From the NCBI GenBank assembly GCA_963725155.1, contig CAVRXU010000005.1, positions 642,330 through 706,329 of the forward strand: a stretch of 64,000 bases of DNA. The letters are read 5' to 3'. Below, piece after piece: positions 47,195-57,413 of this stretch. The notes under the pieces are model-generated. The model made no database searches, had not been told where the DNA came from, and saw only the letters and a list, made by a program, of their open reading frames with translations. Each line of letters opens with the position of its first letter. The first letter of the stretch is position 1. Both the position numbers and the translations under genes were made by a program. Source of the stretch: an uncultured Microthrixaceae bacterium. GTDB lineage: Bacteria > Actinomycetota > Acidimicrobiia > Acidimicrobiales > DATDAH01.

Positions 47195-50100
47195 TCAGCT
47201 GCGTTGGACGATGAAACGCACCACATCTTTGACCAGCGGGTCGCTGGCCGAGCTGATGGTGACCAGGCGGCTGGCCTCGCTGCCGGCGGGGGCGCGGGAC
47301 CCCACCGTGACCACGACCTTGACCGTCCGCGTGGCGCCGGGAGCGAGCACCGGCGTCTGGTAGGTGCCGTTGTTGGCCGGCAGGGTGATGTCGACCCCTC
47401 CGGTGAAGTAGCCGATGGTGTAGTTGGTCGTCGAGGGCTGGCCGCGGAGCCGGAAGGCCTCGGGGCTGGTGCCGTCGTTCTGGATGGTGACGTAGAACGT
47501 CGCCGTGGCGTTTCGGGCGGTCCGAGCGGTGCGGGTCTGGCCGACGCCGGTCAGGTTGTAGACATCGTCGCCCACGATCGCCCCGTTCGCGCCGAGGCTG
47601 ATCCGACCGTCGGGTCGGCGGACGGCAACGGTGTAGATGTGGGTGACCGTCGCCTCGTTGCCGGCGCCGTCGCTCGCGGTCACCCTGAACGTGTGCGCTC
47701 CGGGAGTGGCGGTGTCGATCGCCTGGCCATCGGCCACCGGGCCGTCACAGTCGACGGGTCCGGGCTGGTCGTCCGTGCAGGTGAAGTCGGCGGCGACGAC
47801 CTGTCCCACGCTGTACACCGCGTTGTGGACCGGGGTGGTGACGGCGATGGTCGGCGCGGTGATGTCGAGCACCTCCACCGAGACCGGGTCGGCCGCCACC
47901 GGTCCGGCGACCTGGGTCGTGGCCACGCTCGCCGTACTGGTCCACGTCCCGAGGGCGTCCGGCGTGTGGATGCAGTCGATCGTGTCGTGGCCGCCGACCG
48001 GGATGGTGGCGATGACGGCCTGGTCCTCACACTCGGGCGCCTCCGGGGCGCTGATGGCGGCCCCGGTCAGGTCGACGTTGCCCGTGTTCTGGATGGTCAT
48101 GTGGAGCGTGACCGGCTGACCGAGTCCGACGCTCTCCTGGTCGGCCACCTGATCGAACGTCAGCTGCGGCGTTCCGGGAGCGAGCACCGCCACGTTGACG
48201 GTGTTCGAGCTCTGCGCCGTCGGGAACTGGTCGGCGCTCACCGTGGCCTTGGCCGTCCAGGTCCCGAGGTCGTCGGGGTCGACGGTGGTGTACTCGCAGT
48301 CGAGGACGACCGTGGCGCCCACCGCCAGGTCGGCGAGGGGCTCGGTGCACCCGTCCACGTTGACCTCCGCCCCCGTGATCAGCACGTTCCCGTCGTTGTG
48401 GACGGTGGTGTGCAGGTGGATCACGTCGCCGACGGTCACCATCGACTCGTCGGCGGCCAGGGTGACCTCGACGCTGGGGTTCGCCGGCTCAGGGCTGCAG
48501 GTGTAGAGGCGGACGTCGTCGATGAACCAGCCGTAGTTGGTTCCACCCGTCTCGTCCTCGCCCATGCGGAAGCGGAAGCGGACGGACTGCCCGGCGAGGC
48601 CGGCCAGGCTGGCCCGGCTGGAGACGTACCCGCGGCTCGATCCGACGAACGCCGACTTGCCGGCCAACGGATTCGCGCCGCCACCGACGAGGGCGCCGTT
48701 GTAGCCGTTGGCGGTCGCGCCGGCGAACAGGGGGCCGACGTCGGTCCAGGTCGTGCCGTTGTTCGTGGAGTACTCGACGACGCCCCCGTCCCGGTTCACC
48801 GACCCGCTCCTCTCGAACCCGTAGGCGTGGCGGAAGCGCAGGAACGGTGTGCTCCCGGCCGGCAGGGCGACGCTGTGGGTCATGTGGACCCGCCGGTCCG
48901 ACGTCGCGCCCAGGTCGGGCCCGTAGAGGCCGTTCTCGCCGCTCGTCGCGAACCCGACGCCCACCTCGGACTGGTAGGACCAGCGGAAGAAGCCGTTCGG
49001 GTTCAGGTTGATGGTCTGGTAGCCCCAGTCACCGGACTCCTCGTCCTCGAAGTCGTCCGTGAAGAGATCCGAGGGGGCGTCCCCGGGGGCGCACACCGGC
49101 GCCTCGGGCGCCGACGCGTTCGGCGGGTCGGTCGCCAGCTCCGTCGCCACCACGGCGGCCTGGACCTGGGTGCAGTTCGCGTTGGTCATGCCGGCGACCC
49201 CGCCGGCCACCAGGTTGGCGCAGGCCTGGGGGAGGGCGACGCCCAGGTCGGCGTAATCGCTGCCGGAGGTCAGCAGCGTGGTCAGGGCCTCGTAGTAGAC
49301 GGCGGCCGTCTTCTCGAGCCCTATGCCGGTCACCGTCGGGTGCCCGCTGATGGTCCCGCCGCTGGTGATCAGGACCGCGGTCCGGTTGCCGACCCCGCTG
49401 TTGGTGTGGACCCCCCCGCTGTCGGTGCCGGCGGCATCGGCGGTGTACAGGCTGCTGGTCATCCGGTCCGGGTCGCCGAAGGCACCGGGGTTGGACATGG
49501 AGCGCAGCGAGGGGCCGATGAGGTCCTCGCCCACCTGCCACTTGACCGCGGCGGTGTCGTCGCCCAGGCCATCGGTCTGGTCGACGAACTCGCCGAACAC
49601 GTCCGACATGGACTCGTTGATGGCGCCGGACTGGTACCAGAAGAAGAGGTTCGCCGTGTGTTCGGTGACCCCGTGGGTCAGCTCGTGGGCGACCACGTCG
49701 TCGGCCCGGGCGAAGCCCTGGCCGAAGGTGACCTGCTGGCCGTTCCAGAAGGCGTTGTCGTAGGGACACGGCGTGGCGAGGTCGGTCTTGCAGAACCGCA
49801 CCTTGGAGAGGATCGGGGCCCCGTCGTCGGCGATGCCCTCCCGCCCGAACCGGGAGGCGTAGAAGTTGTAGGTGGCGCCCGAGTAGTCGTAGGCGAGGTC
49901 GACCTCGTTGGCCGTGGCCGGATTGGTGATGAGGCTGAGGCGGGGCTGGCCCTCGACCCGGGCGTACGGGGCGGTGCAGGGCTGGGCCTGACGGGTGTTG
50001 GCCGCGTCGCACACCTTGCGTTCGAGGCCGAGGGCCAGCTGGCTGAACGAGAGGGCGATCGTGCCCTCCTCGGCGTCCACCAGCACGAGTTGGCGGACGG

Positions 50101-50764
50101 CGTCGGTCGTCGAGGTGACCTCGACCCGCCACGTCAGGCGGGGCGACAACCGCGATGGCGGCCCGATGACGGCCGGGTCGTAGATCCACGGCTCGGGCGC
50201 TGAGGCGCGGAGCGTCGAGGGGTCGGCTTCGACGGCCCGGGCGGTGGCGGCGACGGCGGCCCGCCGGGCGTCGACCGGTCGGACGGCGGGCGTCATGTCG
50301 ATGTCCGATCCCCCACGGGACAGGTCGGCCAGGCTGGACAGGATCCCGCCGTCGGCGTCGACCTGCACGCTGAGCTCACCGCCCAGTACGGGGACGTCGT
50401 CGATCGTCTGCTGGTACCGCGTCGCCGTGCCGCCGCCCAGCGTGGGCTCGTCACTGATCGGGACCAGGTCGGCTCGGTCGGCGCCGAGGAGGCGTCCGTA
50501 GCGGTCGAGGAACGTCCCCGCGGGATCGGTGCCGCCGACCCGGATCGGGCTCCCCGCCCGGGTGCCCACCGACCGGACCGCGGCGCCGTTCGCCGTCCGG
50601 ATGACCGTGAGCGGGGCGTCGGACCGGCCCCGGAGGTCGTGCTCGAGATCGGCGGCGACGGCATCGTCGTCGCGCAGCACGCGCAACGTGATCGGCACGA
50701 TTGCGGCGGTGGCGGCCACCACCACCGCCGCGAGGACGGCGAGGAACTTCACGGTCCTCCGCAC
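47195..50764 (-). CDS. Secreted multidomain M4 (thermolysin-like) zinc metallopeptidase, 1189 aa
   Basis: N-terminal signal/anchor (FLAVLAAVVVAATAAIV). HELTH at 49673..49687 with downstream NESMSDVFGE, the M4 HExxH...E arrangement. This is followed by a jelly-roll-like domain, two tandem ~100-aa DUF11/CARDB-like repeats, and further Ig-like domains. GTG start. Confidence 0.88.
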   Translation of the reverse strand: MRRTVKFLAVLAAVVVAATAAIVPITLRVLRDDDAVAADLEHDLRGRSDAPLTVIRTANGAAVRSVGTRAGSPIRVGGTDPAGTFLDRYGRLLGADRADLVPISDEPTLGGGTATRYQQTIDDVPVLGGELSVQVDADGGILSSLADLSRGGSDIDMTPAVRPVDARRAAVAATARAVEADPSTLRASAPEPWIYDPAVIGPPSRLSPRLTWRVEVTSTTDAVRQLVLVDAEEGTIALSFSQLALGLERKVCDAANTRQAQPCTAPYARVEGQPRLSLITNPATANEVDLAYDYSGATYNFYASRFGREGIADDGAPILSKVRFCKTDLATPCPYDNAFWNGQQVTFGQGFARADDVVAHELTHGVTEHTANLFFWYQSGAINESMSDVFGEFVDQTDGLGDDTAAVKWQVGEDLIGPSLRSMSNPGAFGDPDRMTSSLYTADAAGTDSGGVHTNSGVGNRTAVLITSGGTISGHPTVTGIGLEKTAAVYYEALTTLLTSGSDYADLGVALPQACANLVAGGVAGMTNANCTQVQAAVVATELATDPPNASAPEAPVCAPGDAPSDLFTDDFEDEESGDWGYQTINLNPNGFFRWSYQSEVGVGFATSGENGLYGPDLGATSDRRVHMTHSVALPAGSTPFLRFRHAYGFERSGSVNRDGGVVEYSTNNGTTWTDVGPLFAGATANGYNGALVGGGANPLAGKSAFVGSSRGYVSSRASLAGLAGQSVRFRFRMGEDETGGTNYGWFIDDVRLYTCSPEPANPSVEVTLAADESMVTVGDVIHLHTTVHNDGNVLITGAEVNVDGCTEPLADLAVGATVVLDCEYTTVDPDDLGTWTAKATVSADQFPTAQSSNTVNVAVLAPGTPQLTFDQVADQESVGLGQPVTLHMTIQNTGNVDLTGAAISAPEAPECEDQAVIATIPVGGHDTIDCIHTPDALGTWTSTASVATTQVAGPVAADPVSVEVLDITAPTIAVTTPVHNAVYSVGQVVAADFTCTDDQPGPVDCDGPVADGQAIDTATPGAHTFRVTASDGAGNEATVTHIYTVAVRRPDGRISLGANGAIVGDDVYNLTGVGQTRTARTARNATATFYVTIQNDGTSPEAFRLRGQPSTTNYTIGYFTGGVDITLPANNGTYQTPVLAPGATRTVKVVVTVGSRAPAGSEASRLVTISSASDPLVKDVVRFIVQRS

Positions 50765-50786
50765 CCCCCCAGCTTACGGCCACGGA

Positions 50787-50813
50787 GCGCGGCGCGTCAC
50801 GCGCCGCGCGTGA
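50787..50813. promoter_or_regulatory. Overlapping perfect GC palindromes between the MBOAT and peptidase genes
   Basis: GCGCGGCGCG-tca-CGCGCCGCGC (50787..50809) overlaps TCACGCG-ccg-CGCGTGA (50797..50813). Confidence 0.3.
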
Positions 50814-50869
50814 TCTCGCTGAGCGTCACCGCCCTTGACGCGGAGCGTCGACCATCCGGCCGTTCGGGC

Positions 50870-52297
50870 CTAGAACTGGAAGTAGATGAACGGGACCGTG
50901 GCCCCGCCCGAGAACAGGACGATGGCCACCACGAAGGCGCCGTAGACCGCCCCCTGCAGAGCCGGTGGGAGGTCGAGCATCGGCGTGTGGGTGTCGGTGT
51001 TGCGTTGGGCGATGTCGATGGCGATGGTGACGATCCCGAGCGCGCCGACGAGGAAGAGCGAGCCCCACTCGGTGACCCCGCCCTGCAGGGTCAGGATCCC
51101 GGTGATCACGTCGAAGGCCTCGGCGAAGCTGGCCGACCGGAAGAAGATCCAGGCGAACACGACGAGCTGGAAGGTGCCGATGGCCGGGAGCACGTCGCGC
51201 CACGTGAAGCGGCCGACGCCGTTGTGGGCGTCGCCCGCGCCCCCCGGTCGTTCGGTGAACCATCGGTGAGCGCAGAGGTACAGGCCGTGCAGCGTCCCCC
51301 AGGCCACGAAGGTCCACGCCGCCCCGTGCCACAGGCCGCCCAGCACCATCGTGAGCATCAGGTTCCGGTACGTCTTGGCCCGTGATCCCCGGTTCCCCCC
51401 CAGGGGGATGTAGAGGTAGTCCCGCAGCCAGTTGGACAGCGAGATGTGCCAGGTCCGCCAGAACACGGTGATGTTCCGGGACAGGTAGGGCTGCTCGAAG
51501 TTCAGCGGCAGCTCGATGCCCAGGAGGCGGGAGGACCCGCGGGCGACGTCGGAGTACCCGGCGAAGTCGCCGTAGATCTGGAGGGCGAACGCGTACGCCC
51601 CGCCGAGCAACGAGATCCACGACGCCCGCCCGGGCTCGGTGAACGTGCGGTCGACGAAGGGCGCGAGCGCGTCGGCGATGGCGACCTTCTTGAACAGGCC
51701 GAGCAGGATCAGGCAGAGGCCGGACCGAGCCTGCTCCCAGCGCAGGGGTGGCCGCTCGTGCTCGAACTGGGGGAGCTGGAGGTGAGCCCGGCCGATCGGC
51801 CCGGCCACCAGCTGCGGGAAGAAGGCGACGAACACGGCGAAGTCGAGGAGGTCGTCGGCGGGTTCGATGTCGCGGCGGAAGACGTCGAACGTGTAGCTGA
51901 TCCCGTGGAACGTGTAGAAGCTGATCCCGATCGGCAGCAGGACCCGCAACGTGGGCTCGCTGGCGTCGACGCCCGCGGCCCGGAGCAGGTCGGCGGCGGA
52001 GCCGATGAAGAAGTTGAAGTACTTGAAGAAGCCGAGCACGGTCAGGTTGAGTCCGAGGCTCAGGCCGAAGGCCAGCTTCCGCTTCTTGTCGTCCTCGGTC
52101 ATCGCCAGGTAGCGGCCCACCCCGAAGTCCACGCCGGTCGTGAGCAGCATCAGGCCGAGGAAGCGCCAGTCCCACATGGCGTAGAAGAACCACGACGCCA
52201 GGAGGAGCAACAGGTTCTGCGCGCGGCGCTTCAGCTGCCAGTAGACGACGAAGACGAGCGGGAAGAAGAGGAGGTACTGCAGGGAGTTGAAGACCAT
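50870..52297 (-). CDS. MBOAT family O-acyltransferase (AlgI/DltB/PatA-like)
   Basis: 475 aa polytopic protein. N-terminus MVFNSLQYLLFFPLV. The conserved His context WHISLSNWLRDYLYIPLGG. GLWHGAAW. Confidence 0.9.
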   Translation of the reverse strand: MVFNSLQYLLFFPLVFVVYWQLKRRAQNLLLLLASWFFYAMWDWRFLGLMLLTTGVDFGVGRYLAMTEDDKKRKLAFGLSLGLNLTVLGFFKYFNFFIGSAADLLRAAGVDASEPTLRVLLPIGISFYTFHGISYTFDVFRRDIEPADDLLDFAVFVAFFPQLVAGPIGRAHLQLPQFEHERPPLRWEQARSGLCLILLGLFKKVAIADALAPFVDRTFTEPGRASWISLLGGAYAFALQIYGDFAGYSDVARGSSRLLGIELPLNFEQPYLSRNITVFWRTWHISLSNWLRDYLYIPLGGNRGSRAKTYRNLMLTMVLGGLWHGAAWTFVAWGTLHGLYLCAHRWFTERPGGAGDAHNGVGRFTWRDVLPAIGTFQLVVFAWIFFRSASFAEAFDVITGILTLQGGVTEWGSLFLVGALGIVTIAIDIAQRNTDTHTPMLDLPPALQGAVYGAFVVAIVLFSGGATVPFIYFQF

Positions 52298-52364
52298 GAC
52301 CGGGGCCGGAGCCTAGTGACCGTCCCTGAGGTCCTCGCGGGCGCGCCGGTACACTCCCCGCTCC

Positions 52365-53753
52365 ATGAAGGCCACGGTCGAGACCCTCGAAGGCAACAAG
52401 GTCAAGGTCTCGGTCGAGGTCGACGAGACGGAGTTCGAGTCCGCGGTGGACGATGCGTTCCGACGCATTGCCCGAGAGGTGCGCATCCCCGGGTTCCGCC
52501 CGGGGAAGGCTCCCCGCCGCGTGTTGGAGGCCCAGCTGGGCAGCGGCTTCGCCCGGGAGGAGGCTCTGCGCCACGCTCTGCCGGAGTACTACGCCAAGGC
52601 CGTGCGGGAGAACGACGTCGATGTCATCGCCCCACCCGAGATCGACATCACCGGTGGCGAGGAGGACGGTCCCGTCGTCTTCGACGCCGTCGTCGAGATC
52701 CGTCCCGAGATCGCCATCAGCGGCCACGACGACCTCACGGTGACCATCCCCTCACCCCTCGTCTCCGACGAGGAGGTCGACGCCCAGGTCGAGCGCCTGC
52801 GCCAGAACTTCGCCGAGCTGGCCACCGTCGACCGGGCCGCCCAGGACGGCGACAACGTCAGCATCGACATCGCCGGCTGGGAGGACGACGAGCCCGTCTC
52901 CGGCCTCACCGCCGACGACTACCTCTACGAAGTGGGCGCGGGGGCCGTGGTGGCCGAGATCGACGACCAGCTCCGGGGGGCCAAGGTCGGCGACATCCTG
53001 GAGTTCGACGCCGAGCACCCGGACCCGGACAGCGATTCCTCGCTGCGCATCCGGATCATGGTGAAGGAGATCAAGGAGAAGGTCCTCCCCGAGGTCGACG
53101 ACGAGTGGGCCAACGAGGCCTCGGAGTTCGAGACCGTCGGGGAGCTGCGTGAGGACCTACGCAAGCGGTCGGCCATGACCCGTGTGATCATGGCCCAGAT
53201 GGGACTGCGCAACGGCGCCGCCCAGGCCGCCGGCGACCTGGTCGACGCCGACGACGTGCCCGAGGCGATGGTGTCGGCCGAGATGGAACACCGCCTCCAG
53301 GACCTGGCCATGCGCCTCCAGGCCCAGGGCATGGACTTCGACGCCTACATGGCGGCCAGCGGCCAGGACCAGGAGGGCATGGTCGCCGAGCTGCGGGACG
53401 CCGCCGTCATGGCCACCAAGGCCGACCTCGCCCTCCGGGGCATCGCCGAGGCCGAGGGCCTCGACGCCACCGAGGAGGACCTCGACGAGGAACTGGAGAA
53501 GCTGGCCGAGCGGGTCGAGCAGACGCCCGCCGAGGTCCGGCTGGCCCTCGAGGAGGGCGACCAGATCCCGGCGGTACGCTCGGACCTACGCAAGCGCAAG
53601 GCCCTGGACTGGCTCGTCGAGCACGTGCAGATCGTCGATGAGGACGGGACCCCGGTCGACCGGGCCGACCTCGAGGCCCCGGAGATCGAGGAGCCCGATG
53701 ACGAGGCCGAGGACGAAGTAGCAGCCGACGAGCACGAGGAGGAGCAGGGGTGA
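52365..53753 (+). CDS. tig: Trigger factor
   Basis: [32 protein letters not shown], and an acidic C-terminal tail. Upstream of clpP-clpX. Confidence 0.93.
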   Translation: MKATVETLEGNKVKVSVEVDETEFESAVDDAFRRIAREVRIPGFRPGKAPRRVLEAQLGSGFAREEALRHALPEYYAKAVRENDVDVIAPPEIDITGGEEDGPVVFDAVVEIRPEIAISGHDDLTVTIPSPLVSDEEVDAQVERLRQNFAELATVDRAAQDGDNVSIDIAGWEDDEPVSGLTADDYLYEVGAGAVVAEIDDQLRGAKVGDILEFDAEHPDPDSDSSLRIRIMVKEIKEKVLPEVDDEWANEASEFETVGELREDLRKRSAMTRVIMAQMGLRNGAAQAAGDLVDADDVPEAMVSAEMEHRLQDLAMRLQAQGMDFDAYMAASGQDQEGMVAELRDAAVMATKADLALRGIAEAEGLDATEEDLDEELEKLAERVEQTPAEVRLALEEGDQIPAVRSDLRKRKALDWLVEHVQIVDEDGTPVDRADLEAPEIEEPDDEAEDEVAADEHEEEQG

Positions 53754-54391
53754 TGGATCCGGTACGCAACTACCTCGTCCCGACGGTGGTCGAGCAGAGC
53801 AACCGGGGTGAGCGGGCCTACGACCTCTACTCCCGCCTGCTCAAGGAGAACATCATCTTCCTCGGCACGCCGATCGACGACACGATCGCCAACCTGGTCT
53901 GCGCCCAGCTCCTGCACCTCGAGTCCGAGAACCCGGACAAGGACATCAACATCTACATCAACAGCCCCGGCGGTGACATCACGGCGCTGTTCGCCATCTA
54001 CGACACGATGCAGTACATCAAGCCCGACATCGCCACCATCTGCTACGGCCAGGCCGCGTCGGCCGCCGCGGTCCTGCTGGCCGCCGGGGCGCCGGGAAAG
54101 CGCCTCGCCCTCCCGCACTCCCGGATCCTGCTCCACCAGCCCTACGCCGGAGCTCAGGGCCAGGCCACCGACATCGAGCTGGCGGCCAAGGAGATCCTGC
54201 GTCTGCGGGAGCTCCTGGAGGAGATCCTGGCCGAGCACACGGGTCAGCCGATCGAGCGTCTGCACAACGACACCGACCGGGATTTCGTTATGACCGCCGC
54301 GGAGGCCCGCGAATACGGCATCATCGACGAGGTGATCGACACCCGCTCGATGGCCGAGGCCGGCGCACCGATCGCAGCCGTCAGTTCCTGA
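53750..54391 (+). CDS. clpP: ATP-dependent Clp protease proteolytic subunit
   Basis: Ser in [11 protein letters not shown], His in ILLHQPYAG, Asp in DTDRDFVM. 4-nt overlap with tig. Confidence 0.93.
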   Translation: MMDPVRNYLVPTVVEQSNRGERAYDLYSRLLKENIIFLGTPIDDTIANLVCAQLLHLESENPDKDINIYINSPGGDITALFAIYDTMQYIKPDIATICYGQAASAAAVLLAAGAPGKRLALPHSRILLHQPYAGAQGQATDIELAAKEILRLRELLEEILAEHTGQPIERLHNDTDRDFVMTAAEAREYGIIDEVIDTRSMAEAGAPIAAVSS

Positions 54392-54412
54392 CACCGACAG
54401 GGGGATCTCGAG

Positions 54413-55687
54413 GTGGCCAAGTTCGGAGACGGGGGGGAGCTTCTCAAGTGCTCCTTCTGTGGCAAGTCCCAGAAGCAGGTCAAGAAGCTCATCGCCGGTC
54501 CCGGCGTCTACATCTGCGACGAGTGCATCGACCTCTGTAACGAGATCATCGAGGAGGAGCTGGCCGAGACCTCCGACGTCAGCTTCGACGAGCTCCCCAA
54601 GCCGCGGGAGATCTTCGAGTTCCTGAATGACTACATCGTCGGCCAGAGCCACGCCAAGAAGATCCTGTCCGTCGCCGTCTACAACCACTACAAGCGGATG
54701 CAGATGGGAGGCGCCGACAGTGAGGTCGAGCTGGCGAAGTCCAACATCCTCCTCATCGGGCCCACCGGCTGCGGCAAGACGCTGCTGGCCCAGACCCTCG
54801 CCCGGATGCTCAACGTGCCCTTCGCCATCGCCGACGCCACGGCACTGACCGAGGCCGGCTACGTCGGGGAGGACGTCGAGAACATCCTGCTCAAGCTGAT
54901 CCAGGCCGCCGACTACGACGTCAAGAAGGCCGAGACCGGCATCATCTACATCGACGAGATCGACAAGATCGCCCGCAAGAGCGAGAACCCGTCGATCACC
55001 CGGGACGTGTCGGGCGAGGGTGTGCAGCAGGCCCTGCTCAAGATCCTGGAGGGGACCACCGCCTCGGTCCCGCCGCAGGGCGGCCGCAAGCACCCCCACC
55101 AGGAGTTCATCCAGATCGACACCACGAACATCCTGTTCATCTGTGGCGGGGCCTTCGCCGGCCTCGAGAAGATCATCGAGTCCCGCGTCGGGCGTAAGGG
55201 CGTGGGCTTCGGCGCCGACATCCGGGGCATCGACGAGAAGGACCTCGGCTCCATCTACGGCAACGTGCTGCCCGAGGACTTCCTGAAGTTCGGGCTGATC
55301 CCGGAGTTCGTCGGGCGCCTGCCGGTGGTCGGCGCGGTGTCCAACCTGGACGCAGAAGCCCTCATCGAGATCCTGGTCGAGCCCAAGAACGCCTTGACCC
55401 GCCAGTACAGCCGGCTGTTCGAGTTCGAGGACGTCGAGCTGGAGTTCAAGGACGACGCCCTGGAGGCCATCGCCGAGCTCGCCCTGCTCCGCGGCACCGG
55501 TGCCCGAGGCCTGCGGGCCATCCTCGAAGAAGTGCTGAACGAGGTCATGTTCGAACTGCCGAGCCGCGGTGACGTCTCCAAGTGCGTCATCGACCGCCAG
55601 GTCGTCGAGGAGAGCGCGGTCCCGACGTTGGTGCCCCGCACCGACCCGTCGACCCGTCCTGCTCGCCCCCGCCGCGCCGCCTCGTGA
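54413..55687 (+). CDS. clpX: ATP-dependent Clp protease ATPase subunit ClpX
   Basis: Zinc finger CSFCGKS...YICDECI. Walker [21 protein letters not shown] start. Confidence 0.96.
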   Translation: MAKFGDGGELLKCSFCGKSQKQVKKLIAGPGVYICDECIDLCNEIIEEELAETSDVSFDELPKPREIFEFLNDYIVGQSHAKKILSVAVYNHYKRMQMGGADSEVELAKSNILLIGPTGCGKTLLAQTLARMLNVPFAIADATALTEAGYVGEDVENILLKLIQAADYDVKKAETGIIYIDEIDKIARKSENPSITRDVSGEGVQQALLKILEGTTASVPPQGGRKHPHQEFIQIDTTNILFICGGAFAGLEKIIESRVGRKGVGFGADIRGIDEKDLGSIYGNVLPEDFLKFGLIPEFVGRLPVVGAVSNLDAEALIEILVEPKNALTRQYSRLFEFEDVELEFKDDALEAIAELALLRGTGARGLRAILEEVLNEVMFELPSRGDVSKCVIDRQVVEESAVPTLVPRTDPSTRPARPRRAAS

Positions 55688-56109
55688 ACCGAGTCGCCCG
55701 CGGCGCCCTGATCGGGGGCGCGGTCGGCGCGCTGGTCGCCGTCGCCCAGACCGTGAGGGCCGAGGACGACCCACCGGAGGTCGTGGCCCTTCATGCCGCC
55801 CGCGGTGCCGCCCAGGGCGCCTTGGTCGGGGCTCTCGTCGGTTGGGTGCTGGATCGCACCTCGGCCCAGCCGACCTCCGGTGTCGCGGCCTACGCCGAGG
55901 TGGCCAAGGACGCGTGGACCGGTGCGGTGGACACCGCCGAGCAGGCCTACGAGGTGGCCCGGCCCCGGCTGGAGCACGCGTACGAGGTGACCCGCCCGCG
56001 GGTCGAGCACGCCGTCGAGGTCGCCCTGCCCGTGGTCGAGATGGCCACCGAGCTGGCCCGCGACCGGGCCCAGGACCTCGCTGAGGCAGCTCGCCGCCGC
56101 GCCGCGTGA
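55684..56109 (+). CDS. Hypothetical small protein with Gly/Ala-rich hydrophobic segments and an internal repeat
   Basis: 141 aa from GTG 55684 (GTGA overlap with the clpX stop). [14 protein letters not shown] and [12 protein letters not shown]. Repeat [11 protein letters not shown] / [11 protein letters not shown]. Its end overlaps the folC start by 4 nt. Confidence 0.5.
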   Translation: MNRVARGALIGGAVGALVAVAQTVRAEDDPPEVVALHAARGAAQGALVGALVGWVLDRTSAQPTSGVAAYAEVAKDAWTGAVDTAEQAYEVARPRLEHAYEVTRPRVEHAVEVALPVVEMATELARDRAQDLAEAARRRAA

Positions 56110-57413
56110 ACCCGCGCGAAGCGCGGTCGTGGCTGGACGGCCACCTGAACCTGGAGTCGGGCCCGGTCACCGCTGGAGTGGTCGACGACCTCTCGCTGGA
56201 CCGGATGCGGTCCCTGGTCGCAGTCCTGGGTGACCCCCAGACCGCCTACCCCGTCATCCACCTGACCGGGACCAACGGCAAGGGCTCCACTGCCCGCATG
56301 CTCGAAGCGATCCTGCGGGGTCATGGCCTGTCCGTCGGTCTCTACACGAGTCCCCACCTCGAGGCGCTCAACGAGCGCCTGGTCTGGGACGGCCGCCCGA
56401 TCCCCGACGAGGAGCTGGCCGAGGTGTTCGCCGAGCTGGCCGCCCTCGAGTCGCTGGTCGACGGCGAGCCCACGTGGTTCGAGCTGGTCACCGCGGCGGC
56501 GTTGGCCTGGTTCGCCCAGCAGGCCGTCGATGTCGCCGTGGTCGAGGTCGGCCTCCTCGGTCGGTACGACGCCACCAACGTGGCCGACGGCCTCGTCGCC
56601 GTGGTCACCAACGTCGGTCGAGACCACACCGACGGGGCCGAGGGGTGGCGGGAGGCCATCGCGGGGGAGAAGGCCGGGATCATCAAGCCCGGTTCGACGC
56701 TCGTCCTCGGCGAGACCGACTGGGAGCTGCAGAAGATCTTCGAAGCCGAGGGCCCCGAGCGGACGTGGCGTCGGGACCGCGACTTCGCGGCCGAGAACAA
56801 CCGGGTGGCCGTCGGCGGCCGGGCCCTGGACGTGCGCACACCTCGCGGTCGCCTCGAGGACCTGTTCCTGCCTGTCCACGGGGCCCACCAGGGTGACAAC
56901 CTGGCGTTGGCCGTCGCCGCCGCCGAGGCCTTCTTCGACCGACCTCTCGACGCCGAGGTCGTGGCGGAGTCCCTCGCCGACCTGAAGGTCCCCGGCCGCT
57001 TCGAGATCATGGGCCGGGAGCCCCTGCTCGTCCTCGACGGCGCCCACAACCCCGAAGGCATGGCTGCGCTCACGACCACTCTGCACGACGACTTCGCCGA
57101 TGTCACCAGCACCATCGTCGTCTTGGGCATGCTCGCCGGCCGCGACCCCGACGCCATGCTCGAGGCCCTCGAGCTGACGGCCTACGACGTCGTGATCTGC
57201 ACCACGCCACCCTCGCCCCGGGCCCTGCCCGCAACGGAGGTGGCCGAGGCCGTCGCCCGGGCCGGCCTGGAGGTCGAGGTCGTCCCCGACGTCGCCCAGG
57301 CCCTGGAGCGGGCCAGAGGGATCGCCACCAGCGAGGACCGCATCCTCGTCACCGGCAGCCTCTACGTCGTCGGCGCCGCCCGCTCGTCGCTGGGGTCCTC
57401 GGAGGGCCGGTAG
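56106..57413 (+). CDS. folC: Folylpolyglutamate synthase / dihydrofolate synthase
   Basis: P-loop HLTGTNGKGST. VVEVGLLGRYDATN. Mur-ligase-family C-terminal domain LVLDGAHNPEG. Confidence 0.9.
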   Translation: MNPREARSWLDGHLNLESGPVTAGVVDDLSLDRMRSLVAVLGDPQTAYPVIHLTGTNGKGSTARMLEAILRGHGLSVGLYTSPHLEALNERLVWDGRPIPDEELAEVFAELAALESLVDGEPTWFELVTAAALAWFAQQAVDVAVVEVGLLGRYDATNVADGLVAVVTNVGRDHTDGAEGWREAIAGEKAGIIKPGSTLVLGETDWELQKIFEAEGPERTWRRDRDFAAENNRVAVGGRALDVRTPRGRLEDLFLPVHGAHQGDNLALAVAAAEAFFDRPLDAEVVAESLADLKVPGRFEIMGREPLLVLDGAHNPEGMAALTTTLHDDFADVTSTIVVLGMLAGRDPDAMLEALELTAYDVVICTTPPSPRALPATEVAEAVARAGLEVEVVPDVAQALERARGIATSEDRILVTGSLYVVGAARSSLGSSEGR

